Part shown: piece after piece, positions 52,242 to 64,000 of the stretch
Layout of the letters: each line of letters starts with the position of its first letter
Numbering within the stretch: position 1 is the first letter of the stretch
NCBI RefSeq assembly: GCF_000743755.1
Contig: NW_014569540.1
Location: forward strand, 1 to 64,000
DNA: 64,000 bases
Origin: Blastocystis sp. subtype 4
Taxonomy: Eukaryota
Reading direction: 5' to 3'
Made by a program: the position numbers and the translations under genes
Notes under the pieces: model-generated
Seen by the model: the letters and a program-made list of their open reading frames with translations, nothing else
Database searches by the model: none
Told to the model about the DNA's origin: nothing

Positions 52242-53286
52242 CTATGCAATATGAATGACAATATCACTTCTCTTTCCTGTATACTCTGTGTATTTGACTC
52301 CAGCCATATCAAACATTCTTCTAGCTGCAATAGACATATTCGAGTCGTGGTATTTATCTCCTAGATAGATTACTTCGGTAATCCCCGATTGAATGATCAT
52401 CTTGGTACAATTGTTACAAGGGAACAGAGAAACATACAACTAAGCTGATAACTAAAGAGGGAGTCTACTTTGCACCCACGAGCATTTGCAGTATTGATGT
52501 TAAGAATTGCATTCATTTCGGCATGACACACATACATGTACTTGGTATCTAATTCATTCTGTGCATCTCGGCCCCAAGGTAGAGCATCATCGCTACAACC
52601 ACGAGGAAAACCATTGTAGCCTATTCCCACAATTTGATTTTCACTGTTTACAATACTAGAAGTAAGTATATCTAGATTTGAACTACCATGCACCCACTTG
52701 TGTATTAGGATCTATTGATTAGACGTACTCCTCGATTTGACCTTTACTGCGCATTGCACTGAGACATGCTAGTCCCATGAAATACTCATCCCAGCTGATA
52801 TAGTCTTTCCGTTTCTACAATTGACCAGAAGTTAATCCGACTACTGTAGATACAGTCATCTTTCTCGGACTTGGAGCAGGTGTATTTCGACAGAACTCAT
52901 CAGCCAATTGTTTCGCTCGTCTATATCCATAAGTCACCACAATAATATGCTACTCAAATTGATCACGCAACTGTTCCGGAACCTCGGTTTCCTTGAATGA
53001 GTGATCTCGGTAACTCAGAAAGGCATTCTTATTTGGAAGCAAGCGCCTATTACATGAATTCCATATTCCTCACTCACTTTATATTCAGCTCCAAGAACTG
53101 GACTACAACACTCTTATCAGTAGGATCACTGGATGTTCCTTTCTCCGAGAGGTTCTCTTGATTGCTAATATGCTGACTGGGAGTAACCTAGTCATCACGA
53201 TGGTAACATACTCTAACAGTTGCAGGCCACCATGGATAATCGTCTACTTTGACCCAATAGACGTCTACTGATGTGAGACTGGACAT
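52242..53286 (-). CDS. PWWP domain-dCMP deaminase fusion
   Basis: Spliced frame [37 protein letters not shown] continues into [44 protein letters not shown]. Confidence 0.85.
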
Positions 53287-53351
53287 GAGAAAATGATTAA
53301 TCAATGTGTGTAAAACAAACCCTTGCACTGCCTAACAATCATAAAAAGAGT

Positions 53352-56300
53352 CTATTTCAGAATGAGGATAAACAGAAGAACATGAATCACAATGATGTAG
53401 AATCCCACAAGTTTCTGTACATCCTGGGGAAGCCTCATGAAACTACGTCGTAGTCTATTGTACACTCTCCTAGCTTTCACATCCATGGGTTCTTTTTGCT
53501 ACTTCTCAGTATCACTCCTCATTCTCACATTTCCAATCAAGGATAATTCTTCTTCTGATTCATTCTCAGACTCGATTTCACGTAATGTACTTCGGTTCAC
53601 TTGACGCATATTCACAGATCTACAATCAAATCCCATCTCATATCATACACTTGATCCATACTCATTCGATTCTTCTGTTCCAAATTATCTACCTTCTTCT
53701 GTAATTCCAGATTCAGACCCGAAATTCGCATATACTTCTTCTCAGCTCCACTTAACAGAACTTTCAAATTCTCATTTGCCTCTCTCAAAGCGTTCATTTC
53801 AGCAGTTTCTGTCTCCTTCTTCGTTTCGGATGCCTTGGCCAGTTTGGCTTCCAATTCTTCTTGATTCTTTCGGTTTTGTTCTTCCAAACTCTCCAATTTT
53901 GCTTTTGCATCTCCATATCTCGACTCCAGAACAGATAGGTTGCTGCGGAGCGACATTAGATCTGAATCCTTAGCATCCAATTCTGTCTGAAGCTGTGGTA
54001 GCAGAGCGATTTGATCCTGTTGTTCGTGTCTATATCAGAATCAGAAGACACACTTACATTGTCTGTTGAAGGGACTCAATCTGACTAGTGAGTTCTTGGA
54101 TCTGCTGTTGCGATTGTTGGGAGATAGCAGACTATTCATCAGATTGTTCCATCAAAAGCAACATGACTCAATTGATCCTGGAGACTCTGAATCATGGTAT
54201 TTGCTTCCTTTAAATCCTTATCATATTTAGTTTTCACCAGAAGGAATTTACGTTTACGATTCTCATCCTATTCATCATAGACTTCTTTCACTCTCACCTC
54301 TTCCTTCATTGCATTGCACACTTCTTGTTGTTCTTCTAACTGAAGGCGTAATTTCTCTGTCTCCTCAATAATTCTCTGTTTGGCTTGGACCTGCTCCTGG
54401 AGCTATCCATTATCCTTCATTCTCAGTACTACTTCCTTCACCAATTGGTCTTGTTTCTCCATTTTCTCATGTAACTCACTCACTTCACTTTCCTTTGCTC
54501 CACCAATCTCCTTTGCTTCCTTTGCCTCTGCTTCCTTCTTTGCTAATGTCTCACGGAGCGAAGCCGCTTCTCTTTCCTTTTCTTCTGCACTTGCCTTTAA
54601 AGCCTCACAACTTTCCTGTCCTCGAGTAACCAGGTCACGCAACTCACCTTCCATTCTCTTGTGTCTCTCCACTTCTTCTTGAAGTTCATCTCGTGTTTTC
54701 TCAGCCTGTGTGGCTCTTTGCAGTGTCTCATCTTGCGATCTCTTCAATACAGACTGTTGATGAATGAGTTCATCATTCTCGGCTCTAGTGGCTTCTAATT
54801 CACGATGAATGCTAGCCAATTCGATTGTCAAGTGTTGATTCTCATCCTCTTTCTTATTTAAAAGTGCGTTACATTCAGCAACCGTAGAACTCTTTGCTTG
54901 AAGAACACGGGAATCACAATCTTCTTTTAACTCTTCAAGTTCAGCTCTTATTGCTTCTTTTGACTGTGATAATGAATTGATTTGCTCTTGAAGAGTAGTT
55001 GTTTGAGAACGATACGATTCTGCTTCGTGAAGGGCTTTGGAGAGAGAAGACGAGAGTTCTCCATTCTCATCATTGAGGTGTTGGATTGCTAAGCGCAACT
55101 GTTGCATTTCTTGTTCTTGTTCTGACTTCTCTTGACTGGTTGAAGAGAGAGTTTGGAGTTGATTCTGGAGTTCTTCCTTCTCCTTCTGGAATTGGTTCTG
55201 AAGTTCCTCTTTCTCCTTCTGCAGCTGGTTCTGGAGTTCTTCCTTCTCCTTCTGAAACTGACTCTGAAGAGTTTCCTTTTCTTCCTTTGCACTTTGTAAC
55301 TGTTTCTGCAACTCTTCTATGTCGTTCTTGAATTCAGTTTGAAGAGTTTCCTTTTCTTCCTTCTCCTTTAGCAGTTCAGTTTGAAGTGCTTCCTTCTCTT
55401 CCTTAAGCTGATTCTGTAAATCTTCTTTTTCTTCCTTTGCATCTGTCTGGAGCCGATCCTGAAGCTCCTTCTCCTTTTCAAGCTGATTTGCCAACTCTTC
55501 TCTCTCCTTCTCCAGCTCCTCCTTCTCTATCTGTAACTGTCTCTGAAGTTCCTCCTTCTCCTTATCTAACTCTTCTCTCTCTCTTTGCAACTGATTTTCC
55601 AATTCTTCCTTCTCCTTCTCCAACTGGGTTTGAAGTCTTTTGTTCTCTTCCTCCACAGTTGCACATCGCATCTGCAGTTCGTTCTTCTCTTTCTCTAACT
55701 GGCTGTGCAGTTCCTTCCTTTCATCTGATGCTCCCTCTTCCAATTGCTTTGCCAGTTCACCACATCGCGTCTCAGCAGCTGTTAGAGCCACATTCACTTC
55801 CTCATTCACCGCTTGCAGTTTCTCATACTCTTTACGAGATGCAGATAATTGCTCCTGGAAGGATTTCTTCTCATTTTCAAGCGAAAGTTTTAATTCCTCT
55901 CGTTCATTCTGCAATTGATTTGTCTCTGATTCTAATGCATCATTACGAGTTGTCGCTTCGTTTAGAAGACCTTTCACAGCCTCCAATTGTTCCTGCAATT
56001 GAGCCACGAGAGAACCGTCAGCATTAGGACTTTGTCGTAGTGAAGCCAACTATAACATCACGAAATCATGAAAATATTACTTCCTGATCCTTTACCTTCA
56101 TTTCCTCTTGAAGCTTCTCAAATTCATGCTTCATTGCGTTGGCCTTTGTAATAATACTGCTGGCTTTCTCTAGTTTTGCTTTATACTGCTGAATCTATTG
56201 GTCATCGAATTGACTAGGAATAACCTTCTCATATGCAGCTTTCCGATCTAAACAATAACTACAATAGAACAAATACTACCTTTTTGAATAGATACATTAT

Positions 56301-56721
56301 CAGCTTTCAATTGTTCGTTTTCAGTTAGTAGTGTAGCTTTATCGTCTTTTTTCAAGCTCTCTAGTTCTTCTTTTAGCTTGTTCATCTTTCAATGATATCT
56401 CTTATTCAAATACTACTTGAGTCTCATATTCATGATTTTGGAGAGCCAAGCGTCGAATCTCATCGGACTTCATCGATATTGCTTCATCTCGTTGCTGAAG
56501 CTCCAACTGTAACTCTTGAAGACGAGTCACATCACTATTTCCAGCAGTTGAAAGATTATCCGTTCTGGTAGAAGGAGCAACTTCCTCATCTGATAGTCCT
56601 ATACGTAAATCAGATCCGATAATACAGTACCAAGATCATCATCCATCTGGAATGCTCCTCCATTAGTCTCCATTTCGTCATTTTCGCCAGAATTATCACC
56701 CCATGAAAAGTGCGAAAACAT
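53352..56721 (-). CDS. Long coiled-coil protein with C-terminal TM anchor, golgin-84/CASP-like
   Basis: E/K/Q/L-rich coiled coil; spliced end LVGFYIIVIHVLLFILILK* has the Y..H pattern of TM golgins. Confidence 0.65.
55160..55700 (-). repeat. Imperfect ~33-bp coding tandem repeat (EKEELQNQ[L/F]QK units)
   Basis: Repeated 11-residue units are visible in both the DNA and the translation of the 54403-56049 ORF. Confidence 0.8.
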
Positions 56722-56776
56722 AGTTTTCTTTGTATTCGAGAAAGAATACTGTTTGACTTGTCACTTTTTCGTTTCT

Positions 56777-59700
56777 ATGGAGAAGAATGTTCGTTACTTG
56801 GTTTGTCTGATTAGAGTAGAATCTGTCATGGTTGAAGTCGGGTTCCAGTTACAAAACGACTTATAAACGAGAAAGACCGGTTATTTCTGAGGACTGTAGG
56901 ATGTAGAAGGAGAAGACAATCACCTATAGCAATAACTGTAGAGAGTGATTTGAACACAGAAGTAAATAAGGTGGATCGTGATTATATTCATGAACACGAA
57001 AGCAGTATTCTACAGACTCAAGCTATTTTGAGTCATCCGTAGGCGATGTGTTAGAGAATTGATTTTGAAGTAATAAAGTATCTTCTCACAGTAGTCACTC
57101 GGTTAAGAAAGAGAAACCACAATCTCCTTCTCCACTTCCAGATGATAACAGTTCAAGTTGTGTTTTCTTTTGACTTTTAGCATTATTCTTTTTGGATAAT
57201 CGTGGAGACCGTGATAATCTTGTTATTGATAGCACCTATAGTGGTGATATTCCTTTGTAAGTGTCTTCTTGTTTGATAATTGTAGTTTCAAAAAGTCAAG
57301 AACAATCTTGGGTTTTGAACACTTATCAGCTGGTGATAAAGCCTCTCTTCGTCGTAATCGCCGAACAGGCAAGTTAAATCGTTATTTTCAAGATGTATTT
57401 TTCATTTATTTCTTCTCAAATAGTCTCGGATCTCTGATGTATCTATCATTCAGCGCAACTTTGCATATGATCGTATTCGTTTAGATAATCGGGCTCGTGG
57501 CATTGGAGTCGATTACCTTGATGACAGTCGTGCAAAGTTAACTCCTGAGCTACAACTGGAATATGGAGATTGTAACAGCATTCCATTTATTCCTCTCCCG
57601 TCAGATCAGGGAGCTGGTACAATCTCACGTCTGGAATTGCGAGAGGAACGAATTCGTCGTTGCATGGAACGTGTTGACATGGAGCCTGAGAACATCCGTT
57701 CGTGGATTCATTACATTGCGATTTATGATGAAGCTGCAGAAGAGGCTGAAAGTAAGAAGGAACGAGTAGGTTCGAGATGAAAGTTGACATGAAGATGAGT
57801 ATGTTAGAAATGGAATATCAACTATTATCAGATGCTTTAAAGAAGATTCCAAATGATTCAAGACTGTTAAATGCCAGACTACATGTACTGATGCGGGTAT
57901 GTCAGATGCGATTGATCAAGTGTAGCTGAAATCAGGAGAAGAATTATTAACAGAGCAGAAAACACTTCTAGATCAAGGAATCGAAGATGGAGTGAAGAAT
58001 GAAGGATGAATTCATTATTAGAGCTTTCTCATCGGATTTATCAAAAGTCAGTTATCCACTCTGACGAATTTCTCTGTTAGTTCTGCTATTTCATCTAATC
58101 TCTAGTATGCCTCCTGTCTGGAGGTATTTCACTCCATTCTTCAGAAAATGAATACACACTATTAGTAGTGATATACTGAGATTATCATGTAGCTCATTAT
58201 TACGAAGTGGAGTATCGGAATTAGATGTAGCTGATTATCAACGATCTCAATTATCTGTGATTTATCTTGTATTTGAGAGAGAGTGGCTATGAATATTAGT
58301 TTGCTTGTATTGAACGAATGCGAGGAGGGTTTCAGCGAGGTTTGCAATTATTGCGACTTCTTTTGGAATTCAACTTAAACGTATAATTCATTGGAAATCG
58401 TTTATGTCAAGGCCCCATCACTCACAAGAGGCAAGACCTTAGCATACAAACGTCAACTCTTTCAATCCTACTATATTGCTCACGGAGATTCTCTACTTGG
58501 TGCAGATTCATATGAGTCTTGGTCTGATTGGACCCAGGCCACACTACGTAAGATGGGAAAGACAACAGAAGCTTCAGAAGATCGGAGTTCATACATTCTG
58601 ATGAATTCAGCACAAGAAGCATTGAAGATGTTAGATGGGAGTCATGATAGTGTGACGTGTTTGTAAAGGTTTGGATGATTATGGTAGACGAAGACATGCC
58701 TTCTCTTACTCCATGGCCTTGTCATGAACCTACTAAGAAAGAATTGGCTGATCTCGATGAGCAGGAAAAAATGGAAGAGAATCAACTCATGACAGAGAAT
58801 GTAGATAGTGAATACAAAATGGTATATTCCCGTGTTCATGGGTTAGTGTTTCATATTGGGATTGATTATACAGTTATCGAATTCCTATGCCTGTCAAGGA
58901 TTCCGAACAGGATTATTATGCACGCATTCTCAAGGCTGTTAAAGAAGTGGGAGTAAGAATTAGAGAATTGAATCAGAGTAAGGAAGTGAAAGAAACAACA
59001 CAGAAACGAAATGTGAAAGTTCAACGCATTAGTTCGGATGATCCCTTCGTCAAGTATTGGTACTGTTCTAATTTTCCTGTAGTTGGCTACATGAAGAAGA
59101 TTTTGAGGAACTAATGGCTTCGTTTGAGGAAGATCCGGATTCAGTCGTGTTTTCTGATATTGAACCCTTTCTAATCAACTTAACTGTTCATTTCTGAATA
59201 TATATTTCATTTCTAGCCCACAATCTACGAAGATTTGTTTTTCGTGTTACTTCAGTATTTGGGAGTTACATTGAGAACAAAAACGTTTCCTTTATATAAA
59301 CGAGTTCATGAAATGACTGTAACAGAAGATGAGGGTTCTTTATCATTATTGAATCCCCAGTATGATTTGTTGTCAGAATTTGACGATATTTTGCCGATCA
59401 TAGTTACTCCTGCAGTTTTCAAGGATGAACGTCGTCAACATTTGGTAGATCCATCGTAAAATGATTATAGATAGATTCGGAACATATTCTGTTGGATCAT
59501 CAATCATCATAGTGATTCATCAATCACACTCATTCTTGCTCATGAAGTATTTGAAGTTATATTAGCCAAATACAGTATATGAAAGATTCATTGATGATTA
59601 TTAGAGGTTTCATCTTCACTAATTGATGCTGCCCTCCAATTGAGTAAGTGTTATTTGCAGTTACCCTCCCATCGGAATGCAATCCCACTCTTCCTTTCTT

Positions 59701-60966
59701 ATATTGATAATAGTATTCGTTGTTCCCATATCCAAGAGGCTCTACGGATTGCTCGAGGTACCCTTCAGCTATTAGAGCGATTAGATACTGCTTCACAACG
59801 ATATCGACCTTGTGTCGTCATTCGACTCATCCATTGTCTTCTCCTCCAGAGCGAAGTTAAGAGACATGTTACTATGGAAGGGAACTCTGAGACACTCTCA
59901 CTATGGCCTACAGAAGCAGTTTCCAGCATTCAACAGGAGATTCTTCAAGGTATGCAAACGAATGATGAGGCACAACTGGATCGAAAACTCCTCTTTCTTC
60001 TAAAGACAGAGAGTAATGCCTTACGAGAGACAGAGTACCAGGAGGGTGATAGTTGGTTCTCTGTGTATTTCGCTGTGGCTCAGCTACATATGCTGAAGGC
60101 CTACCTCACACAATCTGTGGAAGGTCTTTTGAAGTCATCGCAATTAGTCTTTTCGTTATTGCAACCCTCTGGTGAGGAATATTATGTGAGGAATGGTAAA
60201 TGGGTTGATGAATAGCCTGTGAACTATCTTGTATTAAAGCTACATTCATATAAGTTATCTCTATTATACAATCATTCGCTTCTACTCTTCACAGATACTA
60301 GATCATTCTTCACTCCAGCAATTACACAATCGCTCCTAATGCCAAAGTCTATTTTGCACAAAGAGATTGTTACAGCATTGCGGGACTGTCATGAGCATAT
60401 CCCCTTCTTAGTATTGCTTAGCAAACATGATAATCAGAACATCTTTGCAGGAGTACGATTTTATTTCCCCTTTCATGTAGCCATTACAACAATACTTCAG
60501 CAATTATCTTAAAGGAATGGAGAATCCCTTCATTCTCCCTGAAAACAAACCACCTGAGATGGTTGTCATTACATTTGTATACATGCTTACTATGATTCTG
60601 CTTCATAAACAGACCTATTTGAATACTGAGAAAGGACATCTTCCAGGAACATTCTTTGTTCGATGTAGAATTGTGATTTTTATTTTATTTCTAGCATTAT
60701 TTGATCGGCTATTAAAGATTCCGTATCTTAGCAACAGTCCTATTCTTTGGAGAAGCTATATCTGTTATGAGTTTAATTGTGGTCACTATTATAATGCTAA
60801 ACACCTTTTTTATAGCGCTATTAACAACTGTCCCTACTCGAAGAGTTTATGGTTGGATTGTATTAGAATCTTGCGACCAGTGATGAAGAATGAGGAGATT
60901 GTTAATGTCATCGGGTACTGCCAGACAAAAGATATACTGATTCATGAACAGTTGAAAGGTGAATGA
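56777..60966 (+). CDS. NRDE2: NRDE2-like HAT-repeat nuclear RNA factor
   Basis: LDNRGDRDNL, EPENIRSWIHYI, EEDPDSVVFSDIEPFL, SPILWRSYI..AKHLFYSAINNCPYSKSLWLD. Start approximate. Confidence 0.75.
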
Positions 60967-61114
60967 GTCTAGTTGTTTCTTACTCTATCATCGATTTTCT
61001 AACACTCTAACGATTTTACAATGTCTTGAAGTCCACACTATCAAGTTGAAAAAGAATACTAATTGTCCAATCAGATTGTTCCCAAAATCCTCATCTTTCC
61101 TACCAGAATATTAT

Positions 61115-61847
61115 ATGGCTGAGACCGTGGCCTCCACTGATTCCACTCTTGTATGAATAGTTACGACATTTAATCCACAGAAAACTGGTCTTCTGGAATC
61201 ACCAGGGTTATGCAGAACTGGATCGATAATTCATAGGACATATATAACTACCAAATATTCCGAATTCAAGACGTCTGATATTCGTCATTTGTTGTCGTTT
61301 CTTCGATGGACAAACTTGCTAACGTCTTTCGTCGTCTGTACTTTCACCATTCTCACATCTATTTCCTATCTATTGAATTTTAATATCAGTACATTCCTAT
61401 TATCAGCTTACTGCTGTCTCTTTTCTGGGATTCTCTTTCTTTTTGAGTTGCATACAAAAAGAATCAACAACCGATTTAAAGCTGAATATGGTTTCTTGTT
61501 CACTTATATTGGTCGATCAGTTTTCATCTTGTTGTAGGGCTAGATGGTGATAGTAAGGTTTTAGTTTGTCGACACTCCTATTCTCGATTCCTACATTCGT
61601 TCAAAAGATATTTGGTCTTGTGGTTCTAGGAATCTCTGTCATGAACTTGTTTGTCATTGTTGTTCATCCTGCCTTCCGAAGACACGAAATATCCCTCTTA
61701 GATGATCCTTCTATTACTTATACAGCTGGTGAGAGTGTAAGTGTGATGGATGTTGGTAATGGATAGGAACTGAAGAATATCGTGGTAAACAATCCCGACA
61801 TAGCTCAAAAGGTTATTACAGAAGCTGCAAAGTTGACTACAGCCTGA
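61115..61847 (+). CDS. COPI-associated / TVP15-like multi-pass membrane protein
   Basis: FLLSAYCCLFSGILFLFE...YGFLFTYIGRSVFIL motif and several TM helices. Confidence 0.7.
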
Positions 61848-61868
61848 AGTGTTTGTTAGTAATCAAAC

Positions 61869-62742
61869 ATGCAGAGTGGGAAGGGTGCGTTCGCTCTTCC
61901 AAAATACTATGGAACGAATATCAATTTTGAACGAGAACCCCTGAACGCGTTAGAGTACTTGGTGAGTGTTCGGAATGAAGCTTCTCAAATACCTGATATC
62001 GTTACTGTTGAAATTGAAGTAAGTCTCTGGATAGGTAATTATATGGAGACTCCTCCATCAAACACTCATTCTCAAGATAATCTCTCTGATGTTGCTGAAT
62101 ATGATGTCTAATATCATAAGAATTGATAATCGATAGGTACGAGAATGGTATTCTAAGGCCTGGGAGAAAATGGTACTTGATGATTTTCAAAGATTAAGAA
62201 ATGTACTAATGGATTCTAGATATGATAAATAGATGGTTCGTGATAAAAGGAAGGATACATCTGGAATCAATGAAGTGTCACTGCCTCATATTAATGACGA
62301 ATCTGGATGGGAGTACTATTGTTTTCCGAAACGAGAATCAACTCCCATGGAGACTATCGATCCAATGGACTGGAATTGTCGGAAACCAGACTTAAATGAA
62401 CTCATTGCGATGGACTATATAACTACAAACGCTCTTTTTAACTACCACTATGAATGGCTTCTCTTTGATGAGTTGCCTCTTACGTAAGGAAGAAATCGTG
62501 TTATAATGTACAGAAAAGGTGTATTTTACTGGTTCTATACACTTCTTGTGTTAATCGATACTCCCATCAACGGCCGTATTTGAGAGTATGGAGGTTGATA
62601 TATAGAGATTGAAAGTGATATTCGAGGCTTATACAAATATATAGTGAACAAGCGAAAGGAATGGACAGGGCCAATCGATTTCCTTTCTTACATGGATCTT
62701 CTTCTAGTGATAACAGGCACTTATTTTCATCAAAGCAAATGA
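61869..62742 (+). CDS. GEMIN2: Gemin2/SIP1 (SMN complex)
   Basis: EPLNALEYLVSVRNEASQIPDIVTV, WYLDDFQRLR, LPHINDESGW, WFYTLLVLIDTP, LVITGTYFHQ. Confidence 0.8.
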
Positions 62743-62814
62743 AATGTTTGTTTTAAGAGTACATTTTCCACAAACAGTGCAACCGCTAAAGAAGATTATT
62801 AGGAATCTATCTTA

Positions 62815-64000
62815 TCACTCCTCCATCTCCCATACACGTGGTGAGTCTTTTGTTAACACATCTACTGTCTTTGAATCCACATACAGGAATGTATCCTCAA
62901 TTCGAACACCAAAATGACGTAATTCCTCAGGAATTTCATCATCACCATCAAACTACATGAAACACTCAATTAATCCCTACGTAGAGACCAGGTTCGATAC
63001 AGAAGGCTACACCTGGAGTCAGTGGAGTACTGTAACCAACGGTAGGAGTATCATTGTTATCCAGACCAATGTAGTGACAACTCTACACAGGATCATGAAT
63101 CAATGTTCTTACATAATGAGGGAAGTATTTGAAATAGAGCTTCTGTTCCACGATTGTTCTATGTCACAGATTAAATCTTCACCTACTCAACACTACTGGA
63201 TTTCATAACTCCAATTTCCTTTAATAGTTTTGATAACTCTCTCACAATGGTTAAATGGACATCTTGAAGAGAACTACAGTAACAATCATCTACAAATCCA
63301 ACCAAGTCTCTTGGGATTTGATCATCTGCAAACAGGATTCATACACTTCATTAACACCTAAATAGATATCGGCACGAGCCTTGGTCCCAGACTTCATTTC
63401 TCCAGCAAATACAACTCGAGCCATATCACTATTGTATCCATTCATGAGAACACCACAATCGATTAAAATGTTCTAACCATCATTTAGATAAAGAAAAAAG
63501 AACATCACCAGGATTAATGATACAATCGTTACAGGAGTACTGAACATATTGAGAATTACTACCTCCTGCAATTTGAGTTGGAAAAGCAACAGACTGAGCT
63601 CCTCGTAACTTAACATTATACTCAAACGCTGTACTGAGCCGATTCTCGATTCCAATTACTAGAATAAGAGAAAAATAGAATAAAAACATGGAATAGAAGA
63701 TAGTTCGTTGAAAGCGCTGGTACAGATGCTGGCAGAATAGCGGAGCTGTTTCTGTTCGTTAAGAGATTTAATCCATCGGATTCGATCCAGCTCTGGAATC
63801 AAAGGACTATAATAAGAAAGAGAAGGAATCATTACGAAACAGTCAGCCCTTCAAGTCCTTTCAGTACAGAAGTCACTTCTTTGTTAATAGAACTGTCAGC
63901 AGTCGTATATGTATAAATAGATTTTGCGTCTCCTATGACGGATGGAAGGACAGATTCAATAGTAGATATATCATATGTCTCTGTAATTCCAAAATATAGT
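62815..64000 (-). CDS. M24B Xaa-Pro aminopeptidase, XPNPEP3/Icp55-like, 3' part
   Basis: AFEYNVKLRGAQSVAFP..AGG, IDCG..GYNSDMAR, PHYSCHYIGLD, IEPGLY, GVRIED. Confidence 0.85.

Noticed and set aside
55086..56027. Repeat array as CRISPR or mobile element; + strand ORFs over it
   Set aside because: No repeat-spacer structure. It is a coding coiled-coil repeat, and the + ORFs are antisense shadows.

Overview
Compact, AT-rich eukaryotic genomic DNA with about 27 tightly packed protein-coding genes and one tRNA-Ala(AGC). The genes are broken by very many ~30-nt GT..AG introns, and a TGTTTGTT element sits at many 3' ends. This combination matches Blastocystis (anaerobic gut stramenopile); the assignment is inferred from these features, not from a search. 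Recognisable genes: V-ATPase E, PSMG4-like, FANCJ-like helicase, divergent Hsp70/110, mannose-6-P isomerase, PurL/PFAS, LRR-SAPS protein, ABCG-like, ALG11, RRP6-like, HAT/TPR, WD40, XMAP215/TOG, GOLD protein, twin-CX9C protein, GH99, CCT2, NAK kinase, RING protein, GH20, ankyrin-HDAC, zf-4CXXC-like, dCMP deaminase, golgin, NRDE2, TVP15-like, Gemin2 and an M24B peptidase. Main observations: (1) an in-frame PWWP-dCMP deaminase fusion; (2) an RRP6 that has lost all DEDD-Y residues; (3) a PurL with altered synthetase Mg ligands but an intact glutaminase; (4) four genes whose stop codon appears to be made by polyadenylation, including at back-to-back or palindromic elements; (5) a recurring exact 11-nt gap between a poly(A) element and the next ATG. 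Exon structures were spliced by hand, so gene ends are approximate where stated.
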